Source: a virus. Taken from it: DNA of 64,000 nucleotides. This document shows positions 34,000 through 45,400 of this stretch, piece after piece. How positions within the stretch are numbered: position 1 is the first letter of the stretch; each line of letters begins with the position of its first letter. The notes under the pieces are model-generated. The model did not search any database. It was not told the DNA's origin and was given only the letters and a program-made list of their open reading frames with translations. The stretch lies in the IMG/VR virus record IMGVR_UViG_3300008108_000011, positions 64,001 through 128,000 of that record; one strand, 5' to 3'. The position numbers were made by a program, and so were the translations under genes.

Positions 34000-34191
34000 A
34001 TGGCAAAATACCAAGTAGACAGAGATATCTCGTATATGAGAGAACATTGGGGCACTACGAAGCTCATTACAGACTATGGGGCGCTGACTCCGACAGATAC
34101 TAAGAAGAAAAACGACCCACCTACAGATAGAATGTCTAGACCTTGTGGCGGCAAGGGAGGATTTGATGATTATGTAGAGAGATGGCACTGA
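34000..34191 (+). CDS. Hypothetical protein
   Basis: GAGG SD; MAKYQVDRD...MREHWGTTKLITDYG...CGGKGGFDDYVERWH. Confidence 0.7.
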   Translation: MAKYQVDRDISYMREHWGTTKLITDYGALTPTDTKKKNDPPTDRMSRPCGGKGGFDDYVERWH

Positions 34192-34208
34192 AGCTCCGTC
34201 AATCTGGG

Positions 34209-34228
34209 TATAAATAATGGTATAAATA
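34209..34228 (+). promoter_or_regulatory. Tandem T4-type late promoters
   Basis: TATAAATA at 34209 and 34221, upstream of gp25. Confidence 0.85.
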
Positions 34229-34238
34229 TGGTATTTTT

Positions 34239-34634
34239 ATGCCGATCAGCAGGTCTTTTAAAGATATTAGTATAACGTTTGACAAGAATTTCGTGACCGA
34301 TGATCTTGCGGTCACGAAAGATTTTAATGCTATCAAACAATCGGTTAAAAATTTGGTTACTACTGTTCCTGGAGAGCGATTTTTTAACCCAAATATCGGA
34401 AGCAGAATCACAGATCTGTTATTTGAACCATTAGATTTTATTAATGCAAATTTAGTTAAGTCTGAAATTACTTATACCATCAATGCATTTGAACCAAGAG
34501 TAAAATTAATTGATGTAACCGTTGATCAAAACATGGATGATAATGGTTATGATGTTCAAGTAGAATTTGAGGTTATTGGTTTACCAGAAAAAACTCAAGA
34601 ATTAACATTTTTTCTAGAAAGAACTAGAGCATAG
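34239..34634 (+). CDS. gp25: Baseplate wedge subunit gp25
   Basis: FKDISITF...AIKQSVKNLV.T.PGERFFNPNIGS...FEPRVKL. Confidence 0.93.
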   Translation: MPISRSFKDISITFDKNFVTDDLAVTKDFNAIKQSVKNLVTTVPGERFFNPNIGSRITDLLFEPLDFINANLVKSEITYTINAFEPRVKLIDVTVDQNMDDNGYDVQVEFEVIGLPEKTQELTFFLERTRA

Positions 34635-34639
34635 AATCA

Positions 34640-36445
34640 ATGGCATACAATCAACTAACAAACTTAGATTATTTTGATATAAAAAATGCTCTTAGAGACT
34701 ATCTAAAAGCGAACTCTGACTTTAGTGATTATGATTTTGAGGGTTCTACTCTCGGTATGCTATTGGATGTTCTGGCATACAACACGTATTACACGGCATT
34801 TAATGCCAATATGGTTGTCAATGAAGCATTTTTAGATTCTGCAACTGTAAGAGATAATGTAGTATCGTTAGCTAAGCAATTAGGATACACTCCTCGCTCA
34901 GCGGTTGCAGCACAAGCTGCTGTTGATTTACGTTTATCATTGACTTCTAGCACTACATTACCAGAAACAGTATTTTTAAAGAGAGGTAATGCCTTTGTTT
35001 CTAATGTAAATGATTCATTGTATCAGTTTGTTATTGTTGATGATGTTCAAGCACAGGTTTTACCTAGCAACGAAGTCTATTTTCCTGGATTGAAAATTTA
35101 CCAGGGATCTTTTGTTAGTAACAAATATACAGTATCGTCAACTGATCAGTTTACCGTAATACTACAAAACGCTGGAATAGACATTACCAGTATTAGAGTT
35201 AATGTATATCAATCATCAACATCTTCTACTTTCGAAAAATTCTATCAGTCTGATAATATTTTAAATGTAAATCCAGATTCTGCTTCATATTTTGTCAATG
35301 AAGTAGAAGATGAGAATTACAAACTTAGCTTTGGTGATGGAGTTTTTGGTAAGAAACTCACTCCAGGGCAAGTTGTTGAAGTTAGTTATATTGTTACTAG
35401 TGGAGCAGAAACAAATGGAACTAGTAATTTTACATTTAATGGTATAGTAACGGATGTTTCTGGCAATACTACATTTTTATATAATGTAAGTAATTTTACA
35501 TTATTAACAAGAGCATTTGGTGGTGCTGCTATTGAAAGCATTGACAGTATTAAGAGAAATGCTCCTGCAATGTATGGAACACAAAATCGCGCAGTAACTG
35601 CTACTGATTATACTGCTATCATTCGTAGGGCATATCCAGCAGCTGCAGATGTTATTACATATGGTGGAGAAGAAGCAGATCCTCCAGAATATGGCAAAGT
35701 TAAAATTTCTGTCAAACCTAGAAATTTAACATATCTTTCATCATACACAAAAAATTTAATTCTCACTGAGATTAAGAAGTTTTCCGTTGCATCAGTTGTT
35801 CCTGAGTTAGTTGATGCCTCTGTTATTTTTGTTGAACTCTATAGCAGAATATTTTATGATCAAACTATCACAAATCAAACATCAGATGCGATCAAAGGAA
35901 AAGTAATTGAAAATTTATCAAAATATATTGAAAGTAGTGACACGGAAAAGTTTGGTGGTAAGTTTAGATACAGTAAATTCATTAGCACCATTGATAGTTC
36001 AGATCGCTCTATTAGATCTAATCTCACTGATATTGTAATGAGAAAGGATTTTTATCCTTCATTAAATAATAATGCATACTATGAACTTTGTTTTAGTAAT
36101 CCATTTGATGACGATATTGATACCCAGACTTTGACTTCTACTGGATTTGTTGTTCAGCAATATCCAAATTATGTTGTATACCTTGAAGATCGTGGCGAGA
36201 AAATAGTTCTCTATCGATTAGATTCTCAAACTGGAGATAAAATTGTATTGAATGAGAGTCAAGGATTGATTAATTATGCTAAAGGTGAATTAAGAATTTA
36301 TAATTTAAATATTATTAAAGGAACTTTCTCCGATAATAAAATTGAAGTAAGACTAAAACCACAATATAATGACATCATCGCAAAAAGAGAAATATTTTTG
36401 GATGTTGACATCGATAAAAGTTCATTCACCCTTATTCAAGAGTAG
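34640..36445 (+). CDS. gp6: Baseplate wedge subunit gp6
   Basis: LDYFDIKNALRDYL...DYDFEGS.LGMLLDVLAYNTYY...FLDSA..RDNVVSLAKQLGYTPRS; QNRAVTATDY. Confidence 0.93.
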   Translation: MAYNQLTNLDYFDIKNALRDYLKANSDFSDYDFEGSTLGMLLDVLAYNTYYTAFNANMVVNEAFLDSATVRDNVVSLAKQLGYTPRSAVAAQAAVDLRLSLTSSTTLPETVFLKRGNAFVSNVNDSLYQFVIVDDVQAQVLPSNEVYFPGLKIYQGSFVSNKYTVSSTDQFTVILQNAGIDITSIRVNVYQSSTSSTFEKFYQSDNILNVNPDSASYFVNEVEDENYKLSFGDGVFGKKLTPGQVVEVSYIVTSGAETNGTSNFTFNGIVTDVSGNTTFLYNVSNFTLLTRAFGGAAIESIDSIKRNAPAMYGTQNRAVTATDYTAIIRRAYPAAADVITYGGEEADPPEYGKVKISVKPRNLTYLSSYTKNLILTEIKKFSVASVVPELVDASVIFVELYSRIFYDQTITNQTSDAIKGKVIENLSKYIESSDTEKFGGKFRYSKFISTIDSSDRSIRSNLTDIVMRKDFYPSLNNNAYYELCFSNPFDDDIDTQTLTSTGFVVQQYPNYVVYLEDRGEKIVLYRLDSQTGDKIVLNESQGLINYAKGELRIYNLNIIKGTFSDNKIEVRLKPQYNDIIAKREIFLDVDIDKSSFTLIQE

Positions 36446-36450
36446 GATAA

Positions 36451-39400
36451 ATGGCATCTAAGGTAAGAAATCTATCATCCCTGGTAGACAAGCAACTACC
36501 AGAATTTATTTCGTCAGAATATCCTAAATTTTCTGCGTTTTTGCAAAAATATTATGAGCACCTTGAATTAACGGGTGAGCCGATAGATTTAATCTCAAAT
36601 CTATCGAAGTATCGTGATATCGATACTTATGAGAAAAATTTACTGAAAGAAAATACATCACTTACTCAAAATCTAAGTGATTCTGCTACTACGATCAACG
36701 TAGAAAGCACTGTCGGATTTCCATCCGAAAATGGATATGTATTAATTGGTGATGAAGCTATATTTTACAAGTCAAAAACCAATACTTCATTTCTAAATTG
36801 CTATAGAAATGTAACTCATACAACTAAACTAGGTGATTTATATACAAAATCTGATATTACTACAGTTGATTACTCTGATATTGGATCAGGTAAGCAACAT
36901 CTTACTGGAGATCTAGTCTTAAATATCAGTAATCTGGTATTATATGCTTTAGTTAGAAATTTTGAGCAAGAGTATCTTGGAGCATTTCCAGAAAAATCTT
37001 TAAAGAATGCCGTTGATAAGTCAGTTTTAATTAAGAACATTAAAAAGTTCTATGCAGCAAAAGGAACTGATCAATCTATTCGTTTTATATTTAACTCGAT
37101 TGTTGCAAAAGAACCTAACGATATTCCAACAGTATACTACCCAAAAGATAGCACATACAAGTCGTCTAATGGTCAATGGATTGATAAGTTTGCGTTAAAG
37201 GTAAGAGTAATCTCTGGTGATATCAGTAAAATTATTGGCGAAAAAATTATTCAAGAAGAAAACCCATTTGACTTGAATGTAAGATCTGCTTTTTCATATG
37301 TAGACAATATTATTGATATTGGTGATAATTTTCATGAAGTAATTTTGTCTAGAAATGATATTGTTGGAGAATTTGCTGTTTCCACAGAAACATACCTCAC
37401 AAAAAACTTATTATCAACGGATTCGACCAACAAGAGAATTAATGTTTATTCTACTTTAGGATGGAAACAGCAGTCTGGTCAACTTATAATTGGAAATGAA
37501 TTAATTACATACAAGCAAAAAAATGTTTCTCAATTTGTTATTGACTCTAGAGGTGTATTACCATCAACTTACACAGTAAATGAACCTGTATATAATTATT
37601 CTAATGTTTACTGTGATTATATTGACGGTTCTGGCACAAAACAAAGAGTTAAGCTATTAGTATTAGGAATATTATATTCATTAACTCCATCAGAGTCTTT
37701 ACCTTATTCCAAAGAAGATGATATTGTTCAAATATCAGATTCTGGGTTTGAAACTAGAGACACTATTATTTTTGATAAATTTTCAAATGATACAAGATGG
37801 ATTATCAATGAAACTAACACTATTCCATCATCAGATCATGCAAATATTTCTTCTCAATTATCTGAGATTATTTCTGATGTAACTGCAGTATATGAAGATA
37901 ATCAATATTATTATATTGCTACATCTGGATATCCTTCTCACAAAATTGGAAAGGCAAATTGGGGTGTTACATTTTTAGATCAGAAAAAATTAAAACTAAT
38001 CAAGAAAGTTCCATCGGCAACCACAGAAATTTATCCAACACCTTCTAATGAAGTTGGAATTTTTGTCAATGGAACAACTGCTAGATCTTTCAAAGACACT
38101 GATGAAAATTTGATTGTTTTTGGAGAAATTCAAAAAATAAATTTAACTAATCCAGGAAGCGGATATAAAAAACCTCCATACGTTTTGGTTCAAGATGGAG
38201 CAGGATCTTTAGTAGCATCTGCAGAAGCAATATTAAATGGGGAAGTTATCGATCGCATTGAAGTCGTAGAATCTGGTAGTGGATTTTTCCCACCAGTTCC
38301 AGTAATTACAATTACTTCTGGAAGAGGAGCTGTAATTACACCTGTTGTTACTGGCGATAAAATAACTAGTTTGAAAATTATTAATCCAGGTGAATATTAC
38401 TCTTCTCCACCTCAAGTGGTTATTAAAGATTCTACTGGAAAAGGTAGATTTGCTAGATTTGAAGCTGTTGTTAGTGATGATGGGCAAATAATAGATTTCA
38501 AAAAATTAGACGAAGGAAAATTCTACACTCAGAGCACTACGACAGTAGAAATAATTCCATCTGGGAGTGGTGCCACTGCAATATCCAGTGTTAGATCTTG
38601 GAGAAGAAATTTATACAACAAACATTTCAATAATTTAGATAATGATAACGGATTTTACTTTTTAAATAATGATATATCTTTAGAGTATGGTTATAGCTAC
38701 TTAGCAAATCCGAAATCATTAAGAATTGCTTTATCTGATAATTTAGATCAATCTGGTAATATAACAAACACATTATCACATTCTCCTATTTTAGGATATG
38801 CATTTGATGGCAATCCAATATATGGTCCATATGCATATTCTGATCCATCTGATCCTACAACATCTATAACTAGGATGACTTCTAGTTATTCTTTAAATAA
38901 TAGAAGACCCAGCGGACCATCAATAGTAACATATCCTTTAGGTTCTTTTGTTGAGGATTATCAATATAATCACAGATCTGGTTCTCTAGATGAAAATAAT
39001 GGAAGATTTTGCGTCACCCCTGATTACCCAGAAGGAACATACGCTTATTTCTTGACAGTAGACTCAACAGGGCAACCAGCTTTCCCATATATTTTGGGAA
39101 ATAATTTTTATTCTCTTCCAGTAGATTCAAATTATTCCAAAAAAATATCACAAGATGATATTCCTACTAATATTATAAGATTAAAAACTCAAAAAACTCC
39201 TAATGATGGAAAAGGAGCACAATCTTATATTAATACAATTTCTAGTGGTTCGATTTCTTCTGCTTTAATAGAATATTCTCCCTCCACATTTTCAACAGGT
39301 AGTTTAATTGAAGTTAATTCATCTGGAACTGATGGTAAAGATTTATTAGCACAAGTTAGTTCTGTAAACGGAAAAAATGTAACTTCTATCCAATCACAGC

Positions 39401-42400
39401 AAACAAAAGCAATAAAATTTACTACAGAAAATCCCGCATATTTTTTTGCAGATAGTATTATTACACAAAGAAATACTAATGCAACTGGAAGATGTTTGGG
39501 GAATGTATTTGATGGCAAAACTATAGTATTATATAATGTAAATGGATCATTCAATGATGTTGATGATTTATATTCTTCAACTGTAGTCTATAATTTGTTA
39601 TTAGACAAAGAATCTGATTATACAAGAGGAGAAACTTTAAGTTTAACTAATGGCAAGCAATCTATAATTATCCGAACAGAGAATTCTTCATTTGTCGTAG
39701 CACAAAATTTATTTGAAGACGGGGAACCTATTATATTCACAAATAGTTTTTCTGGAATAATTGCAAATCAAATATACTACATTACACAATCAACCGCAAC
39801 CACATTTAAAGTATCAACTAGTATTGGTGGAACTGCTGTTGTAGTCACAAGTAATAATTCTCCTGGAGCAGTTGCTATTAGCAGAAAGGCAACAGGATTA
39901 ATTTTAGAAACAACAACTAATAGAAATTTAGTTAAAGTGCAATTATTGCAGGGAAATTTTGCAATTGATTCTGAGTATTTCTTAAGAAGCACTTCATTAA
40001 ATGATACTATTGGTAGTAAAATATCACAAAGATTTATATTAAGTGACGAAATTATTCCATTATCTTTAAATGATAAAGTTGCTATTGTATCCACTTCACA
40101 AAATCATGGTGTTGGAATAGGTGACAGAGTTAATGTGTCAGTGGATCCCAATGACAATACTACTGAGACTACATTATACACCAGAGCAAGAATTTATCAA
40201 AAAGTAAAACTGAATACCATTAAGTTTACAAAATATATCAATGATACTGGTATTGGAAAGTTATTTACTTTAAATAACGGAAGTTATAAAAATAATAATG
40301 GAAATATAGTTGGCGATTACTCTAGTGGAGGAAATGCTACTTTTACACAAGTAGAGTTAATTTTTGCAGATATTACAAAATGTAGAGATTCCGAAGGAAG
40401 AATTGTAGGTGATTCTAATTTAGCTGTTATAGGAAGACCAGGAAATCCAAACAATGCAAGAGCAACGATAAGCGTAACCAATGGAGTAGTTACTAATGTA
40501 GTAATTACTTCTAAAGGTATCGGATACAAACGAGGTGATTTTTTAACGGTTTCTCCATCATCTTTGAATAGAAGTCAATCTTCAACTTCAACTAGATTTT
40601 ATTTTGCAGAAGTTCAACATGTAGGTTTTGCTCAGCAAGAAACTAGGTTATTTTTGAATGATGTAACTTCTATTTCACAAAATGATTATTTACAAATAAC
40701 TGATGAAATTGTAAAGGTAACAAATATTAATACAGCAAATTCTTATGTAGATGTTCAAAGATCTCAATTAAACACTGTTGCTGTAGATCATTACAATACT
40801 CAACCTGTATCTAGCTATAGGGAGAGATATAATTTACCTGTAAATTACCATATTGGCAATACAAATTCTGATGCGTATGTATTAAATTACGATGACGAAA
40901 ATCAAGAATTAACTTTAGTTTATGAAATTTCAAATACTCTTGTTAGTATAAATCCATTAGTTTCTGGATCTTCATTTTTTGACAACAGTTCTCCCAAAAA
41001 GTTAATTGTAGTTGAAGAAAATATCCAAAATCCAGAATACAAATTCGAATTTTCTTATGATAATACTACATGGTTGACCAATCCAAAATTAAAATTACAA
41101 GAATATTACAAATATAAATTCGATACTTCTCATTACACATTACGTGGTAGTTTCTTGGAATTTTCTCCTAGTAAAAACTACAATATAATAACTACAGAAT
41201 CTAAGAGAAATGATATCTTACCTGGCAATGCGGGGTCATTTATTACACTAAAAATTGGGTATGGATCAGATATAGAAAGCAATAATTATTCTACCAGAGT
41301 TCCTATAAATTATAGTTTGTATTTTTATTTTGATAAGAATTCAAGAATATCTTCGGATGATTCATTTTTGAGAATTATTCCAGATCCACTACAAGGAAGT
41401 AAAACAATTTCATATGTAACAAATACTAGTTTTGTGTATGAGATGGATTCATATCCTCAATATGATGGTTCTGGGATTATGAAATATACTACTTCAGCTG
41501 GTCTAGCAGTTGGTAGTATTGCAACCGTTGGTATTATCAACCAAGGATTGAATTACAAAGAATTACCTACAGTTACTGGTGTTAGACCATCAGTAGAAAA
41601 TGAATGCATAGCAGAAGTTGTTTGGAATTCTACCGCTAAAAACATCACATCTGTAATAATTTCTAATCCAGGAATAAATTATGTAAAACCAAAAGCAGTA
41701 TTGATTTCATCTACTGGAGAAAACGCAGAATTTAATATTATTAAAAATCCTGATGGATCTATAAGAGGAATTACAGTAACAAATCGAGGAAATGGATATC
41801 TTTCAAAACCAGAAATTAAGATAGTAGAATCAAATGTAAAAATTTATTTTGAATCATCCAATATTGGAGTTCCGAATAGTATAAGGATTTTATATAACGG
41901 AAAAAATTATGGTAATGATAGAAGTATTCGTAAAAAATATTCATCTCCTCTTATTCTAAAACTCAAGCAAATTAGTGCTGGATCTTTTGCTGATGGAGAA
42001 AGAATTGAGCAGTATGATGGCAATACTTTAGTTGCTAGTGGTTATGTTGCTTCCAAAGGATATAAAAATAACACAAACATTTTAAGATTAGAAAGAGTCT
42101 CTGGGCAGTTTAAAAATAATTTGCAAATTACTGGAAAAAATAATTATGCAACTGCAGTTGTTTCTAGTTCTTTTGCTTCATTATTTGATTCTGATATAAA
42201 ATCATATTATGATAATTTGGGATATTATGCATCTGATCAAGGGCAATTGAGTTCGAATAATCAAAAGATAACAGATTCCTATTTTTATCAAGATTATTCT
42301 TATGTAATTAAATCAAAAACTCCAATAGATGTTTGGAGAAATTTAATTAAACAAACTGTTCATCCAGCTGGATTTCAGTTATTTGGAGAAGTTTCTGTTG

Positions 42401-45400
42401 AAAGCTCTACTGATGTAAAATTACCACAATCACAACCAAAACAAGAAAAGTCTTCCATAATACAATTATGGGATCCTGTAAAAAATAAAATTTCAGTAGA
42501 AAATAGTTACAGAACAATTACCCAATCTTCTATAAGATTAGGAGACATCAACTTATTACCAGGAAAAGGTTCTATATTCTCTCCATCATATGATACTGGA
42601 GAAACTTCTTCATATGAATTTAAATTGGTTCCAGAATTTAATGGATATTTTGATAATAATGGAAATTTAGCAGGAAATAAAACATTTACCGCAGTTTTAC
42701 TTGGATCAAATACTCCTTACTCAATAATTAATAAAAATAATGTTTTTATTACTATTGATGGTGTATTACAAGAACCAGGAAAATCATTTGATATAGTAGC
42801 TGGTCAAATAGTATTTTCACAACCACCATTAGGATATAGAAATGGATATACTAGATCGGCAAATATTGTTAGTGTAAATAATGGTTATATTTACGCAGAA
42901 ACTGCAAATGCATTTTCTTTAAATGAACCTATAATATTTTCTGATAATTTCTCTACCGTATCAAAATCACAACTTTATTATGTTGTAGAAGTTAGTGGAT
43001 TAGGATTTAAAATTGCATTGGGAACTACTGGGACTCCTCAAGCAACTCCAATAAATCTAACAAATGTTTCTTCTATTTCTGTAGTAGCAACTAGTCAAAT
43101 TAATCCTGGAGATCCTATTACATCTAATCAATATAGAGAAGGTGTTGATACAGCATCACAAAAATTTGTTGGTAGAATTATTAGATTTAAAGATACTTCT
43201 TTAAATTCCCAATATTTCAAAAAAATTGCAAATATATCATCGCAATTTAATGGACAATCTACAGCATTTGATTTAAGATATGAAGATAATACTCCCGTAT
43301 CATTGTCTTCAAATGAAAATTTGATTGTTTCTATAGATGGTGTAGTTCAAAGATCTGGTGTTTCTCCTTTACTTCCATTAGACAGATCATACTATATTAG
43401 AAGAACAGTTACACCAAATCAAATTGTATTCATAGAACCACCAAGATCAGGACAATCTTTCCATGGAATATCTGTAGGTTCCTATGAAAGACTAAAAGTA
43501 GATTACAGTAGAGTAAATGACATCCGAAGAGGACCTTTCTTATTACGTTCAGCTGTCACAAACAAAACAGTAACTATAGACAATGATAATAATGTTTTAG
43601 TATTTGTAGATGGAGTATTACAAAAGAGAAATAAAACATATATTATTAGAGGAGCTAATATAACATTTGTAGAACCTTTGAAAAAAGGTCAGGTTATTAA
43701 TGTAATCTATCAATATGGCAGAGATTATATTAGATCATTAACTACTTTTAATTACGAAACTACACCTTTTTATAATAGATATGAAATTATATTAGATGGA
43801 GAATATCAAAATATATCAGATGGTGGAAGATTAAAGTCAAATACTGCTAGAGGAATAGTAGTAAAGAGTTATTTTAATGGATTGAATACTGTTTTATTAG
43901 TAGATTCTTATAATCAGCAGTTTATAGTTGATGAAAATATTGCATACAAAAATCCAATAGATTCTTTTTATGATTTTACTATAAATTCTTCTGATATTAT
44001 TTCTATAAGTTCATTCGAAGAAAATGAAGATAGACAAGATATTTTAAGAAAATCTACCATAGGTTGGTTAAATGGCACACAAAAACATCCATCAACTGAT
44101 TTTATAGAAATAGGTGATTCTATTAAAATTGATGGTGAATCTGAATTCAGAACTATTTTAACAACTCCTTATGATGCAATAAAAACAGATTATAGAAATA
44201 CAGATAATCTTTCATACTTTGCAAAAATTGGAACATCAAATTATGATGGAGTTTCTAGAGGAGAAGGATTAGATATTGTAGCAGAAATCGAAAATGGTAA
44301 AGTTGTTTCTCTACTATGGAATAAAATTGAATGGGATGAATACGTCACACAAAGAATTTTACCATCACCACCTGGATATGGTTATGAAACAGCTCCTCAA
44401 TTAGTTTTTGTAGCACAACCACAAAAAGATGAGGGTGGATCAATTGTAGCAGAAGCTCAAGGTGGTGGTGCTAAAGCATATGCAGTTGTAAATAATGGAG
44501 AAATTATTGATATTGTTCTATATGATCAGGGTAGTGGATATATTGCCCCACCAAGAGTATATGTAACTAGAAATTATCAGGTATTAAGAAAAGGAAGAAA
44601 TATTGAGACAAGTTTAGTAGTTCTAGACATGTCTCCAAATGTAATTGATGCTAGAACTCTTTATATAACTTCAGGTGATATTGTAGGAAGACCACAACCT
44701 CCAATTTTAACAATATCTTCATTTATTCTTTTAACGCCACTAGAAGCATCTAGAGATATTACAGCAATTATACAAAAACAAGTAGATGTTGCTGCATCAA
44801 ATCAAAGAATCTTGCAGCATACATCTACGATTGATTTGAGTATTAGTATAGCATCTATTTCAGCAAGAACTGATATATACACTTCTTCTATTGAAACTCC
44901 TTTATCTAATGTTGTTATTGGATCCCAAAATAATGTAAGTTTTTCAAATACACTAACAGAATTACAATCTGGTATTAGAACTTTCTTAAAAGTTAATTAT
45001 TTACTAGCATACAAATCTATTCATGCTACTGGAGCATATCTAGATGCTTCAATGGATCTTGATGATACTATTGCATATGTAACAACTACAGAGAAATTTA
45101 AATCATTTGGCAAATTATTGATAGGGGATGAAATAGTATCATATACTTTAAAACAAAATGATCGTTTCTTATATCTAACTAGAGGATTAGACGGCACTAC
45201 CATAAAAAATCATCCAGCTGGTGAATTTTTGAGACAATATGGAGATGATGTATCTATTATTAGTGCTGGAGTATCATCTGCAGAATCTATCGCTCAAATT
45301 CAAGTAGTGGGCGGTGGAGTATCTCAAGTATCATTTGGCATTGAAGAAATAATTCAAATTGAATTGGATCCTATAGATGTTTTTACTGACATTGAAATTG